In this document: positions 47,914-59,900 of the stretch, in pieces | Position numbering within the stretch: position 1 is the stretch's first letter | Layout: each line of letters begins with the position of its first letter | Assembly (NCBI GenBank): GCA_041691135.1 | Contig: JBEPVF010000009.1 | Span: forward strand, 1-60,614 | Length of the DNA: 60,614 nt | Source of the DNA: Candidatus Peribacteria bacterium | GTDB taxonomy: Bacteria > Patescibacteriota > Gracilibacteria > Peribacterales > Peribacteraceae | Direction of reading: 5' to 3' | Position numbers and translations under genes: made by a program | The notes under the pieces: model-generated | What the model was told of the DNA's origin: nothing | Database searches by the model: none | Seen by the model: only the letters and a program-made list of their open reading frames with translations

Positions 47914-50900
47914 TCTCGTCATCCATCGGCACCAGTCTGCGCTCCTGATCCAGGAGACGGACATGCATACCAATCCGCCCGCCAAGGGCCGGGAGGATGT
48001 TGTGATCGATGTCGCATCGATGGTGGTGCGTGCGAAGCGCATGATCGCCGCGATGGTCCTGACGACTATCGTCTTCTCGACGCTGGTGCCGGGCGGCGAC
48101 ATCAACTTGCTCATCGGCAATACATTCGCGGTGCCCAAGGCCGAAGCAGCCACTGGCATCTTCAAACCGATCAGTTATCAGGGAAAGATCACGACGAGCG
48201 GAGGTGTGGCGGTAGCTGACGGCAAATACAATATGCGATTCAAGATCTACAATGCGACGTCCAGCGGCACGTTGCTGTGGACGGAAACATGGAACTCGGG
48301 GAACCAATTGTCGCTGACCGGCGGACTCTTCTCCGCTCTGCTCGGTTCGATCACGCCGATGACCGGTGTCGACTTCAATACCGACAATCTGTATCTGCAG
48401 GTGGAATTCGATCCGGCCAATGCCGCAACGTATCCGGAAGTCTTCTCGCCGCGCCGCCAGTTCTCGGCCGTGCCGTACGCGCACAATGCCGATAGATTGG
48501 ATGGTCGCGACAGTACACAGTTCCTGTGGAGCGATGCGAATACGGTCGGTTCGGGCACGCTTACTATTCGTCCGCGCGATGCCACCAAAGTCGGCATCGA
48601 TATCCAGAGCAATGCCGGTGCGGCGGCCACAGCGGCGCTCAAGCTGAGTACGCAGGGGGCGAATCACATCCTCTTTGGATCGGGCGCAGCCAACTACGAT
48701 ACTAACCTTTATAGGAGCGGCGTCTCGACGCTGAAGACCGATGGCAACTTGAAGGTCGGCGGCACGCTCTCCGGCGGAATCCTACATGCGGAGAAGCTGG
48801 TGACGTCTTCGGGCACCATTCTCTCGGCCGGTATGATCGCCAGCCGCGGCACGCTCTCGGGTGCGGCGATTACGATCATGAACGGCAACTCCTCTATATT
48901 GGGTAAGTTGGCCATCGGCAAGAGTGGAACACCAAATACGCAATTGGAAGTGGTTGGCACGATCTCCGGTTCGATTATTCACGCTGATCGATTACTCACT
49001 GCCTCCGGCAATATTTTGGCAACCGGCAATATCACGGCACGCGGATCACTCTCCGGTGCATCGCTTACAGTGAGCAATCTCATCTCTTGTGCGGGTATTC
49101 AAACAACGTCGGCTGGCGCCCTCAGTTGTGCGGCTGGCCTCAGTCAATCGTCACTCGACGCCCGCTACGTCAACACCTCCGGCGACACCATGACCGGTGC
49201 GCTCTCCATCAACATCACCGGTGGAGGCAAAGGAACCCTCGGTCTCATCGTGCGCAACACACTGTCTGGTGCAACGATCCACGCTGAGTCTCTCCTGACT
49301 TCCTCTGGAACAATCCTAAGTACGGGCAACATCAAGACCCGTGGCACCCTGTCCGGCGCCGCCCTCACTGTCATGAACGGCACCAGTTACCTGATGGGCA
49401 ACGTCGGCATCAACAAGACGAATCCCGCCACCGCTCTCGATGTCCGCGGGACGATCTCCGGCTCGTCGCTCACTATCAATGGAAGTGCCACGGTCAACGG
49501 CGTCTCCATCTTTCGCCCTGGTATCGGCGACACTGCCCTCCAGACGTTAGTTGTCGGTGAGACTCTCGCCCGCTTCGCCATCTTCAACAACGGTCTCATC
49601 CAGTGGGGCCAGGGACTTAACAGCACCAAGGACATCCAGATCCAACGCTCCAACACGGGCACGCTTCTTCTCTCCGCTCTCAACAATGCTACAAGCACCA
49701 AATTCCAGATCCGGGGACTTGCCTCCCAGAATGCCAGCCTCTTCGAACTCCTCGACAGCGGCAATGTCGTTCTGGCCAAGTTCGACCAGTCCGGCGCCCT
49801 CACCATCAATGCGGCGGCTAGAGTCCGTGAAGCGCTCAATGTCCGTGGCACGATGTCCGGTTCGTCTCTCACCGTCTCCTCACTCATCTCTTGCGCCGCT
49901 CTCCAGTCTTCCGGCATTGGTGCTCTCAGTTGCAACACGGGCCTGACGCAGACTGCGCTCGATTCTCGCTATGTGAATGTCGCCGGTGATACGATGACTG
50001 GTGCTCTCCTCATCAACTACAACGGCATCGGTCTCAATGTAAATGGCTCGATGTCCGGCAGTCGACTGTTCACGAACAGTGCGGTCTTCACAGCATCCGG
50101 TGCATCCAGTGTTCCGATCACCATCCGCAGTGCCAACCATCAGACGGCGAACCTCGTCGAACTGCGCAACACTGGTGGCACTCTGCTTGCACAAATGGAT
50201 AAGTACGGCTCTCTGCGCTACATGGTGCGTCCAGTCACTCTTGGTTCCGACATCGGTCTCTATGCCACTGGATCGGCCAACGGATCTGTCTCCCTCGCCG
50301 TTCTCGGCACCGACGACTATGTGCAACTCGGACCCATCAACTTCAACGTTACCAATGGTCTGCGGATTGGTAATGCCCTCTACAACGGCAATACCGGCAA
50401 CGTAGGTATCGGTGGTGCTTTGAGCAATCTCACCACTACCGCTGCCAAACTGAATGTCTTAGGTACCGCCAAAGAAAAGATCGTGGCCGTATTCCAGGGA
50501 GTTGCCGCCCAGACCGGCAGCCTGCTCGAACTCCAGAATAATAACGCCACCGTTCTGGCCAAGTTCGACCAGTCCGGCGCTCTTACCATTACTGCCGCTG
50601 CCAGAGTGCGTGAAGCTCTCAACGTCCGTGGGACTCTCTCAGGTTCTTCTCTTACCGTCTCGTCACTCATCTCCTGCGCTGCGCTCCAAACCTCCAGTGC
50701 CGGAGCCCTCTCCTGCGCCACAGCTCTGACGCAGTCGTCTCTCGACGCCCGCTACGTCAACACGTCAGGCGATTCCATGACCGGTGCACTGAGCATCAAC
50801 ATCACGGGTGGCGGCAAAGGTTCTCTTGGCCTCATCGTTCGCAACACCTTGTCCGGTGCTGTCATCCACGCCGAAACAAATCTGACTTCTTCAGGCACGG

Positions 50901-53900
50901 TTCTCTCGACGGGAAACATTACCACGAGAGGAACTCTTAGCGGCGCTGCCTTCACTATCATGAACGGTGCCAGCTACATTCTTGGGAACCTCTCTGTCGG
51001 CACGAACGGCAATGCCGGCAGCGCCAAGCTCAACGTCAACGGCACTATTTCAGGCAGTCAGCTCTTCGTCTCGGGCACGGGCGCCAGTCCTCTTCTTTAC
51101 ACAAGCGGTGGTCGCGTAGGCGTCGGTACGACTGGACTGGGTGGGACAGTCAACGCACCTTTTACTATTCGACAGAACACAGCCGCATTCAATGGCAATA
51201 CGGTAGGCTATATCGTCTCCGTTAATCGTATCAACAGCGACATTGCTGCTTTGGCATTTGGCGCTAATACGTCGAACAATGCCATCATTACCTCCAATAA
51301 TTCGGATCTTCTCTTAGGCAGAACATCCGCTGGCACCTTCACCGAATCACTCCGCCTTCTGAATACCAATGGCAATGTCGGCATCGGGACAAACACCCCA
51401 GGTTCGCGTCTCTCTGTCTCGGGCTCCGTTATTATCGGGAGCAATATCGGCTCTATCGTCGCTAAGTCTGGCCAGGCGCTCGAAGTCGTCGGTTCGATGT
51501 CCGGTTCGTCCCTTACTGTCTCCAGCTTACCATCTTGCGAATCCATTAAGACATCTTCCGCTGGTGCTCTCTCCTGCGCCACAGCTCTGACGCAGTCGTC
51601 TCTCGACGCCCGCTACGTCAACACGTCAGGCGATTCCATGACCGGTGCACTGAGCATCAACATCACGGGTGGCGGCAAAGGTTCTCTTGGCCTCATCATC
51701 CGCAACACGCTCTCGGGCGCAGTGATTCACGCTGAATCTCTGCTCACGAGCTCTGGCACGATCCTGAGCACTGGCAACATTAGAACACGTGGAACACTCT
51801 CCGGCGCTGCGCTCACTGTCATGAATGGTACCAGTTACCTGATGGGCAACGTGGGTATCGGCAAGACGTCACCGACGACCAAACTCGATGTACTCGGCAC
51901 GATCTCCGGCTCTGCCCTCACGATCAGCGGTGGATCCAATACGTCGTACGTCATGGGCAAACTTGGCATTGGTACGACTACGCCGCAGCAAGGTCTTGAT
52001 CTTGCAGCTGGCAAACAGTTCGTCATGGAGATGTCTGCCCCAACCGGAGTCAGTGCTGTCATCGCTTCGGGTGGCACCCTCACTGCTGCAACGACTTATT
52101 ACTACGAGGTGACGCACTTAGATATTCTAAGCGGTCAGACCGTCGCGTCTTCCGAAGTCTCGGCCACGCCAAATTCCGGCAGCCAATCAGTTACTGTCAG
52201 CTGGTCAATACAGAACGGCGCCTTCACGCACAAGATCTATCGGACAACGGTTGCCGGCAGTTACGGTGCATCATCTCTGATTGGCATAGCCAGTGGTGCC
52301 AATACTTTTACCGATACAGGTTCCAATGTATTGGCCTCCGGCACACCACCTTCTGTCACGACGGCCTACATGGTGCAGTTCCACAATCCGTCTTCCGGTA
52401 TGGCCACCTTCCATGGTGCCAGCTTGGCTCTTGATAATGGCTTTGGCCTTTCGTTTGAGAACAGTGCGGGGTCGTTGTTCAGCGCACTCTCCGTTACGTC
52501 GGCAAACAATGTGGCGTTGAACGCACCGAGTATTGGTGGATCACTCCAACTGCAAACATTCGGAGCCGGATCAACGAATGGCATCTATTTCTACACCAAT
52601 TCAAATGCTACTCCGCGTATGGGTATTGCCAACAGCGGCAGAGTCAGTATCGGGCTCGGCAACACGTTGCCAGGCTCTCTCCTGTCCGTCTCCGGCGCTG
52701 TGATCTTCAGTAAGACTGGCAACCTCGGCTCCACTGCCGCCAAAGCAGGCCAGACGCTCGAAGTAGTGGGTGCGATGTCCGGCGCATCGCTCACCGTCAG
52801 TAATCTCTCGTCCTGTGAATCTATTCAAACATCGTCGGCTGGGGCCCTCTCTTGTTCTACAGCTCAAACACTGTCGTCACTCGATGCCCGCTACGTGAAT
52901 ACCTCCGGCGACACCATGACCGGTGCCCTCTCCATCAACATCACCGGTGGTGGCAAGGGAACCCTCGGTCTTATCGTCCGTAACACACTCTCCGGTGCAA
53001 CGATTCATGCAGAATCTCTGCTCACGAGCTCTGGTACGATCCTGAGCACTGGAAATATTAAGACACGCGGAACCTTGTCAGGCGCAGCGCTCACCATTAT
53101 GAATGGCGCGAGCTACGTGATGGGCAATCTTTCCGTTGGAACGACTGGTAACGCAGGAAGTGCCAAGCTCAATGTGGCTGGCACGATGTCTGGCCGCCAG
53201 CTTGTCATCTCGGGTACTGGCGCAAGTCCACTCCTCTACACGAGTGGCGGGCGCGTCAGTATCGGCACGACTGCAGCAACGGCACGATTACAAGTTGCAG
53301 GAGCGACGGGCGACAATACCGATCTTGCTCTGAACATTACAGATTCAGGCGGCACGAGTCTCTTCTCTATCCGCAACGATGGAAAGGCTCTCTTTACGCC
53401 TTCGAGTACACAGGGTCTCACTGTGACCAGAAGTACAGACAACTCCGCTCTCAGCCCCTTTGATGCGCCGGCGTACCTCAGCTTACAGAACCTGGATTCT
53501 ACCAATGGATCTCACATCACACAGAAATTCCTCCTGGCAGGCGGCGAAAGCGCCTACATCGATGCCGAGCGCCCGGTTGATGACAGCGCGGTCTTGAAGT
53601 TCGGCTTCCGCACCAGTCTGACCGTAACTGCGTTCGAGGCGATGAGAATCACCTCCAATGGCAACGTCGGCATCGGCACCACGGCGCCCAAAGGGAGGCT
53701 CAGTGTCGCTGGTTCCGGTTCCTTCACCGGCTCACTCTCCGGCGCTTCACTCACGATCAACAACCTCATCTCTTGTTCCAATCTCCAGACCTCGTCAGCC
53801 GGTGCCCTGTCTTGTGGCGCTACGTTCACGCAGTCGACTGCCGATAATCGCTACGTCAATACAAGCGGAGACACGATGACCGGTGCGCTCTCTATCAACA

Positions 53901-56900
53901 TTACGGGTGGAGGCAAGGGAACTCTCGGATTGATTGTTCGCAACACACTCTCGGGCGCAACGATTCACGCTGAATCTCTGCTCACGAGTTCGGGAACAAT
54001 TCTCTCCACCGGAAACATCAAGACGCGTGGAACATTGTCGGGCGCTGCGCTCACGGTCATGAATGGTGCGTCGTCGATTCTCGGAAACCTCACCGTCGGT
54101 GCGACGAGTAACCCTGGCAGTGCCAAGCTTAATGTGGTTGGCACGCTCTCTGGTACATCACTCACTGTCTCTTCGCTCATCACATGTGCTGCGCTCCAGA
54201 CTTCCTCTGTAGGAGCTCTGTCTTGCAACACGGGACTAACCGGCACTGCTCTTGATGCTCGGTATGTGAAGAAACAAGGTGATTCGATGACCGGCGCCCT
54301 GCAGGTGCCGACAGCCTCGCTCTCGGGCACGTTGCTCGCCAGTAAGACTGGCTTCGATCAGTCATTCAACATCGTGAATGCCGGACTTGCCACCAATGGA
54401 ACGACACGCATCAATGCCGCGGGAAATCTGGTCAACATCGCATCGATCCAAGCCGGTGAAGCAAACTTCAGCGGCGTCGGTACATTCTTGTCAAAAACAG
54501 ACTTCACGACGGGAAGTGCGCCGATGGCAGTCGCTACGGCTGACTTCAACGGTGATGGCCGGTCGGACATCGTGACGGCTAACTATACGGCAAACAGTAT
54601 TTCAATCCTTATCTCCACTGGCAGCAGCACGTTCACGGCGAAGACTGACTATACGACCGGCACCGGTCCGCGCGGCGTCGTCACTGCCGATATCAACGGC
54701 GACGGCAAACAGGATGTCGTCACCGCCAACAGCGGCGCATCGACGATATCCGTCTTCCTCAATAACAGTAATGCCGGCACCTTCGCCGCTAAAACCGATT
54801 ACTCGGTCGGCCTTGGTGCTCGGAGCGTTGCCAGTGCGGATGTGAACGGCGATGGCAGGCTCGATATCGTGACCGCGAACTACGGTGCCGGCACCGTTTC
54901 TGTCTTGATCAACAATGGCAACAACAGCTTCGCCACCAAGGTCGATTACGCGACTGCTTCACGTCCCATCAGCGTGGCGCTCGGTGATCTGAATGGCGAT
55001 GGCAGGGCTGATATCGCCGTGGCATCAGATACTCCATCATCGCTTGTTTCGGTACTGCTTAACAACGGCAACGGCACCTTCGCCACCAAGGTCGATTACG
55101 TCGATAACTCAGATGTACCTTCCTCTATAAGCATCGGTGATGTGAACGGCGACAAAGTGCCTGATCTGTTGGCAGGCCATGGAACCAATTCGGCATCCAC
55201 CTTTATCAACAGAGGAAATGGAACCTTTAATAACGGCAACGGCAACATTAATGGTGACACGGGAGGCATCTCCTTTATCAGCGGCGATGTGAATGGTGAT
55301 GGCAAAACAGATGCGCTCCTCGGCAGTTCAGATGGAGTGGGAATTACAGTCTCCATTGGAAATGGAAACAACAGATTCACCAGTCTCGGCACCGAATATT
55401 CGGTTGCAGCCGGCGGTCCAATTGCTATGGCTCTCGGTGACTTCAATGGTGATGGCAATCCGGATATCGCGTCGGTAAACGGTGTTTCCAAGGTTTCCGT
55501 CCTGCTCAATACAGCCAGGCCAATTCTGTACGCCTCTGCTGGTACGGGCGGAGTAGTGGGTATCGGTACGGCGACTCCGGGTTCACGCCTCTCCATTTCC
55601 GGCGCCGTCGTTATCAGTATCAATGGAAATCTTGGGAACAAGAAGGCAGCCAATGGTACGGCTCTCACTGTCGTCGGCACCATTTCCGGCTCGGCTCTTA
55701 CGCTGAACGGGACAACCAATAATTCCTACATTCTCGGCAAACTAGGCATTGGTAAATCTGGTACGCCGAATACGCAATTGGAAGTGAATGGCTCTCTGTC
55801 TGGTTCCTCGCTTACGGTCAGCAATCTGATCTCCTGCGCCAGCATCCAGACCTCCAGTGCCGGCGCTCTGTCCTGCGCAGCTGGTCTCACGCAGTCGTCG
55901 CTCGATGCACGCTACGTCAACACCTCCGGCGACAGTATGACCGGCGCCCTCTCTATCAATATTACGGGTGGGGGCAAGGGAACTCTCGGTCTTATCGTTC
56001 GTAATACTTTGTCCGGTGCCGTGATCCACGCCGAGACCAACCTCACGTCTTCTGGAACGGTTCTCTCGACCGGCAACATTGCGACACGCGGAACTCTGAG
56101 CGGCGCCGCGCTCACCATCATGAACGGCGCCTCTTCGATTCTTGGCAACCTCACTGTCGGTGCCACATCTAATCCTGGCAGCGCCAAACTCAACGTCGTC
56201 GGCACGATGTCCGGTACATCTTTGACCGTCTCGTCCGTCACCTCTTGCTCCAACCTCCAGACGTCTTCGGTCGGCGCCCTCAGTTGCGGTGCCACCTTTA
56301 CGCAGACCACTGCCGACAATCGCTACGTCAACACTTCCGGCGACACCATGACTGGCGCCCTCTCGATCAACATCACCGGTGGCGGCAAAGGTTCTCTTGG
56401 TCTCATCATCCGCAACACGCTCTCGGGCGCAGTGATTCATGCTGAATCTCTGGTCACGAGTTCGGGCACGATTCTTTCGACCGGCAACATTACGACACGT
56501 GGAACTCTGAGCGGCGCCGCCCTTACTATCATGAACGGTGCCTCTTCGATTCTTGGCAACCTCACTGTCGGTGCCACCGGGAACCCCAGTACCAGCAAGC
56601 TCAACGTGGCAGGCTCCATGTCGGGCCGGTCACTCACCATCACTGGCACCGGCTCCGCCCCGCTCCTGCGCACTAATGTCTCGGTCGGGACGATTATCAT
56701 TGGATCCGGTGCTCTTTCCCGCGGCGGCTCCGGCGCAATGGCCCCGCAACTGTTCGTCGGCAGCCGTCTCCTTTCCACGTGGACAGGCTCCGGCGCAACG
56801 GGTTCGCAGCCACAATCGGTTGCTGTCCAAGGCCGCTACGCGTACGTCACCACTTACACATCACGGACACTTGAGATCTTCGATGTGGGCAATCCGCTCA

Positions 56901-59900
56901 CGCCGCAAAAGATCAGCACGCTCACTCTGGCCTCTCCCAACCGTCCGTTTGCCATCTCCGTCCAGGGCCGCTACGCCTACCTGGGTGAGTACGACAGCAA
57001 CCGCTTCGCCGTGATCGATATCAGCAATCCCTTCGCCCCCTTCCTCGTCAGCAGCATCGCCAATATCTCCGGCGTTGCTGCTGGTGCTGTCTACAACGCC
57101 GTTGCCCAGGGCCGCTACGTCATCGTCGGCACGAACAAAGGAGTGAAGTACATCGACGTCAGCGATCCGGTCAATCCGTTCGTCGTCGGATCCGCATCCG
57201 GCTCCTCTGTTGCCAACGGCTACCCCGACTCCCTCGCCGTCCAGGGCCGTTACGTCTACTACGCCGGCGTGGACAACAAGTTCCACGTCGTCGACGGCAA
57301 CAACCCCTCCAGCCCCACCGAGATCTCCACGACGAATCTGCTCAACAGTAACCAGGCATTCTCCGTCGCCGTCCAAGGCCGCTACGCCTACGTGGGTGGC
57401 CGCAGCTTCGTCACTATCTTCGACATCAGCAACCCCGCAGCGCCCCTCCTCCTTGGAGAAACGCCCAACACCGGTCAGGATATCCACGCGGTCACCATCT
57501 CCGATCGCACACTCTATGCGGTAGGAGCCACCAACGGCATTCTCTACGCCTTCGATGTCAGTAACCCCCGTTTGCCGAAGATCCTTGCCCAGCAGACGAT
57601 CGGATCCACCTTCACCGGAACGCAGAACCTGGTGGCCCAGGGACGCTACCTGTACACGAACAACCAGACGAACAACACCTTCAACATCTTCGACATCGGC
57701 GGCAGCTACATCCAGCAGCTGGAGGCAGGCGACATCGAGACCACCACTCTGTCGGTCAAGAACTACCTCTCGGTTGCCAACAGCGCTGACATCGCCGGGG
57801 GCCTCATCGTGGGCCGCGGTCTCCAGGTGCAGGGCGCCAGTGCCTTCACCAACACCTCCACCGGCGGCTATGCAGTGACCATCACGTCGAATACGGGTGG
57901 TTTGCGTATAGCTTCCCAGGCCAAGAACGGTGCCTACCATATCCTCTTCGGTACGGGCACCACCTTCGATACCAACTTGTACCGCTCTGCTGCTGCCACG
58001 CTTCGCACGGACGGTGGCTTCAAAGTCGGTGGAGCTCTGTCCGGTGCATCACTCACTGTCAATAACCTCGTCTCCTGTGAGGCTCTCAAGACCTCCAGTG
58101 CCGGCGCTCTCTCCTGCGCAGTCGGTCTGACGCAATCCGGTCTCGACGCACGCTACGTCAACACGTCAGGCGATTCCATGACCGGCGCACTGAGCATCAA
58201 CATCACGGGTGGAGGCAAAGGTTCTCTCGGCCTCATCGTTCGTAACACCTTGTCCGGTGCGGTCATTCATGCCGAAACAAACCTCACGTCTTCAGGCACG
58301 GTTCTCTCGACGGGCAATATTACGACTCGTGGAACGCTAAGCGGCGCCGCCCTGACGATCATGAACGGTGCCAGCTCCATTCTTGGAAATCTCACCGTCG
58401 GAGCGACAGGGAACCCTGGTAGCGCCAAGCTCAATGTCGCTGGCACCATCTCCGGTTCTCTGATCACCATCTCCGGTACGGGTACTGCTGCCACACCACT
58501 TCTCTACGCCAATGGAGGACGCGTCAGCATTGCCACCAAGAGCACGATTGGCCAGCTGACTGTGGGTGGCTCCATCGCAATCAGCTCCAACAACGTCTTC
58601 TTCACCGGCATCCGCACCGACGGCACCATTGTCCAGATGCTCGGCATCGGCTCCACCGACTATACCCAGCTCCGCAGCGCTGGCGCCGCTCTCGGTGTCC
58701 AAATTATCAGCACGACTGCCACGCCGCTGGCAACCATACTCAACAACGGCAATTTCGGCATCAACACTATTACACCCAAGGCGAAACTCACGGTTGCTGG
58801 TTCCGGCGCCTTCACCGGTTCTCTGTCCGGCGCCTCTCTCACCGTCAATAACCTTATCTCCTGTGAAGCATTGCAGACCTCTTCCGTCGGAGCCCTCTCC
58901 TGCGCTACTGCTCTGACGCAGTCGTCTCTCGACGCCCGCTACGTCAACACGTCAGGCGATTCCATGACCGGCGCACTGAGCATCAACATCACCGGTGGAG
59001 GAAAGGGAACTCTCGGTCTCATCGTTCGCAACACACTGTCTGGTGCGGTCATCCATGCCGAAACAAACATCACCTCTTCTGGCACAGTTCTCTCCACGGG
59101 GAACATTGCGACAAGAGGCACGCTCTCCGGTGCTGCCCTCACGGTCATGAACGGCACATCGTACGTCATGGGGAACCTCGGCGTTGGTACGGCATCTCCG
59201 GGAGCTGTAAATCTCAGCGTTCTCGGCACGGGCACACAAGCCAGTCCCACAACGATCAATATTGGCGCGCCGGACAACGGTACAGCCGGTGACAGTCGTT
59301 TGACGCTCTCGCAGTCTACGGCCGTCGGTGACTTCCAGCTGCTCTACGCCGGTACTGATGCGCGCACCGACGGACGTGTCGGCAATGATGCCTATATCGA
59401 GCAGGGGCAGGGTCTCCATATTCGCACCCGCTCGAACGGCGTGCCGTTCGATTCGGAAATCCGCGTCGGCAACTCCACGGATGGAGCGATCAGCTTCCTC
59501 ACTAATCTCAAAAATAATACAGGCACCACGCGCATGACCATCATGGCCACCGGCAACGTGGGTATCAGCACCACGACACCCAAAGCCAAGCTCAGTGTCT
59601 CAGGTTCGGGTACCTTCACCGGTTCTCTGTCCGGCGCATCGCTCACTATCAATAACCTGGTCTCCTGCGAAACGCTCCAGACCTCGTCTATTGGTGCACT
59701 CTCTTGTTCGACTGCCCACACCCTCGTCGCCCTCGATGCTCGCTACGTCAACACCTCCGGTGATTCCATGACCGGTGCACTCAGCATCAACGTGACAGGC
59801 GGTGGCAAGGGAACGCTCGGTCTCATCGTTCGCAACACCCTCTCGGGTGCCGTCATCCACGCCGAAACAAATCTGACGTCTTCAGGCACAGTTCTCTCGA

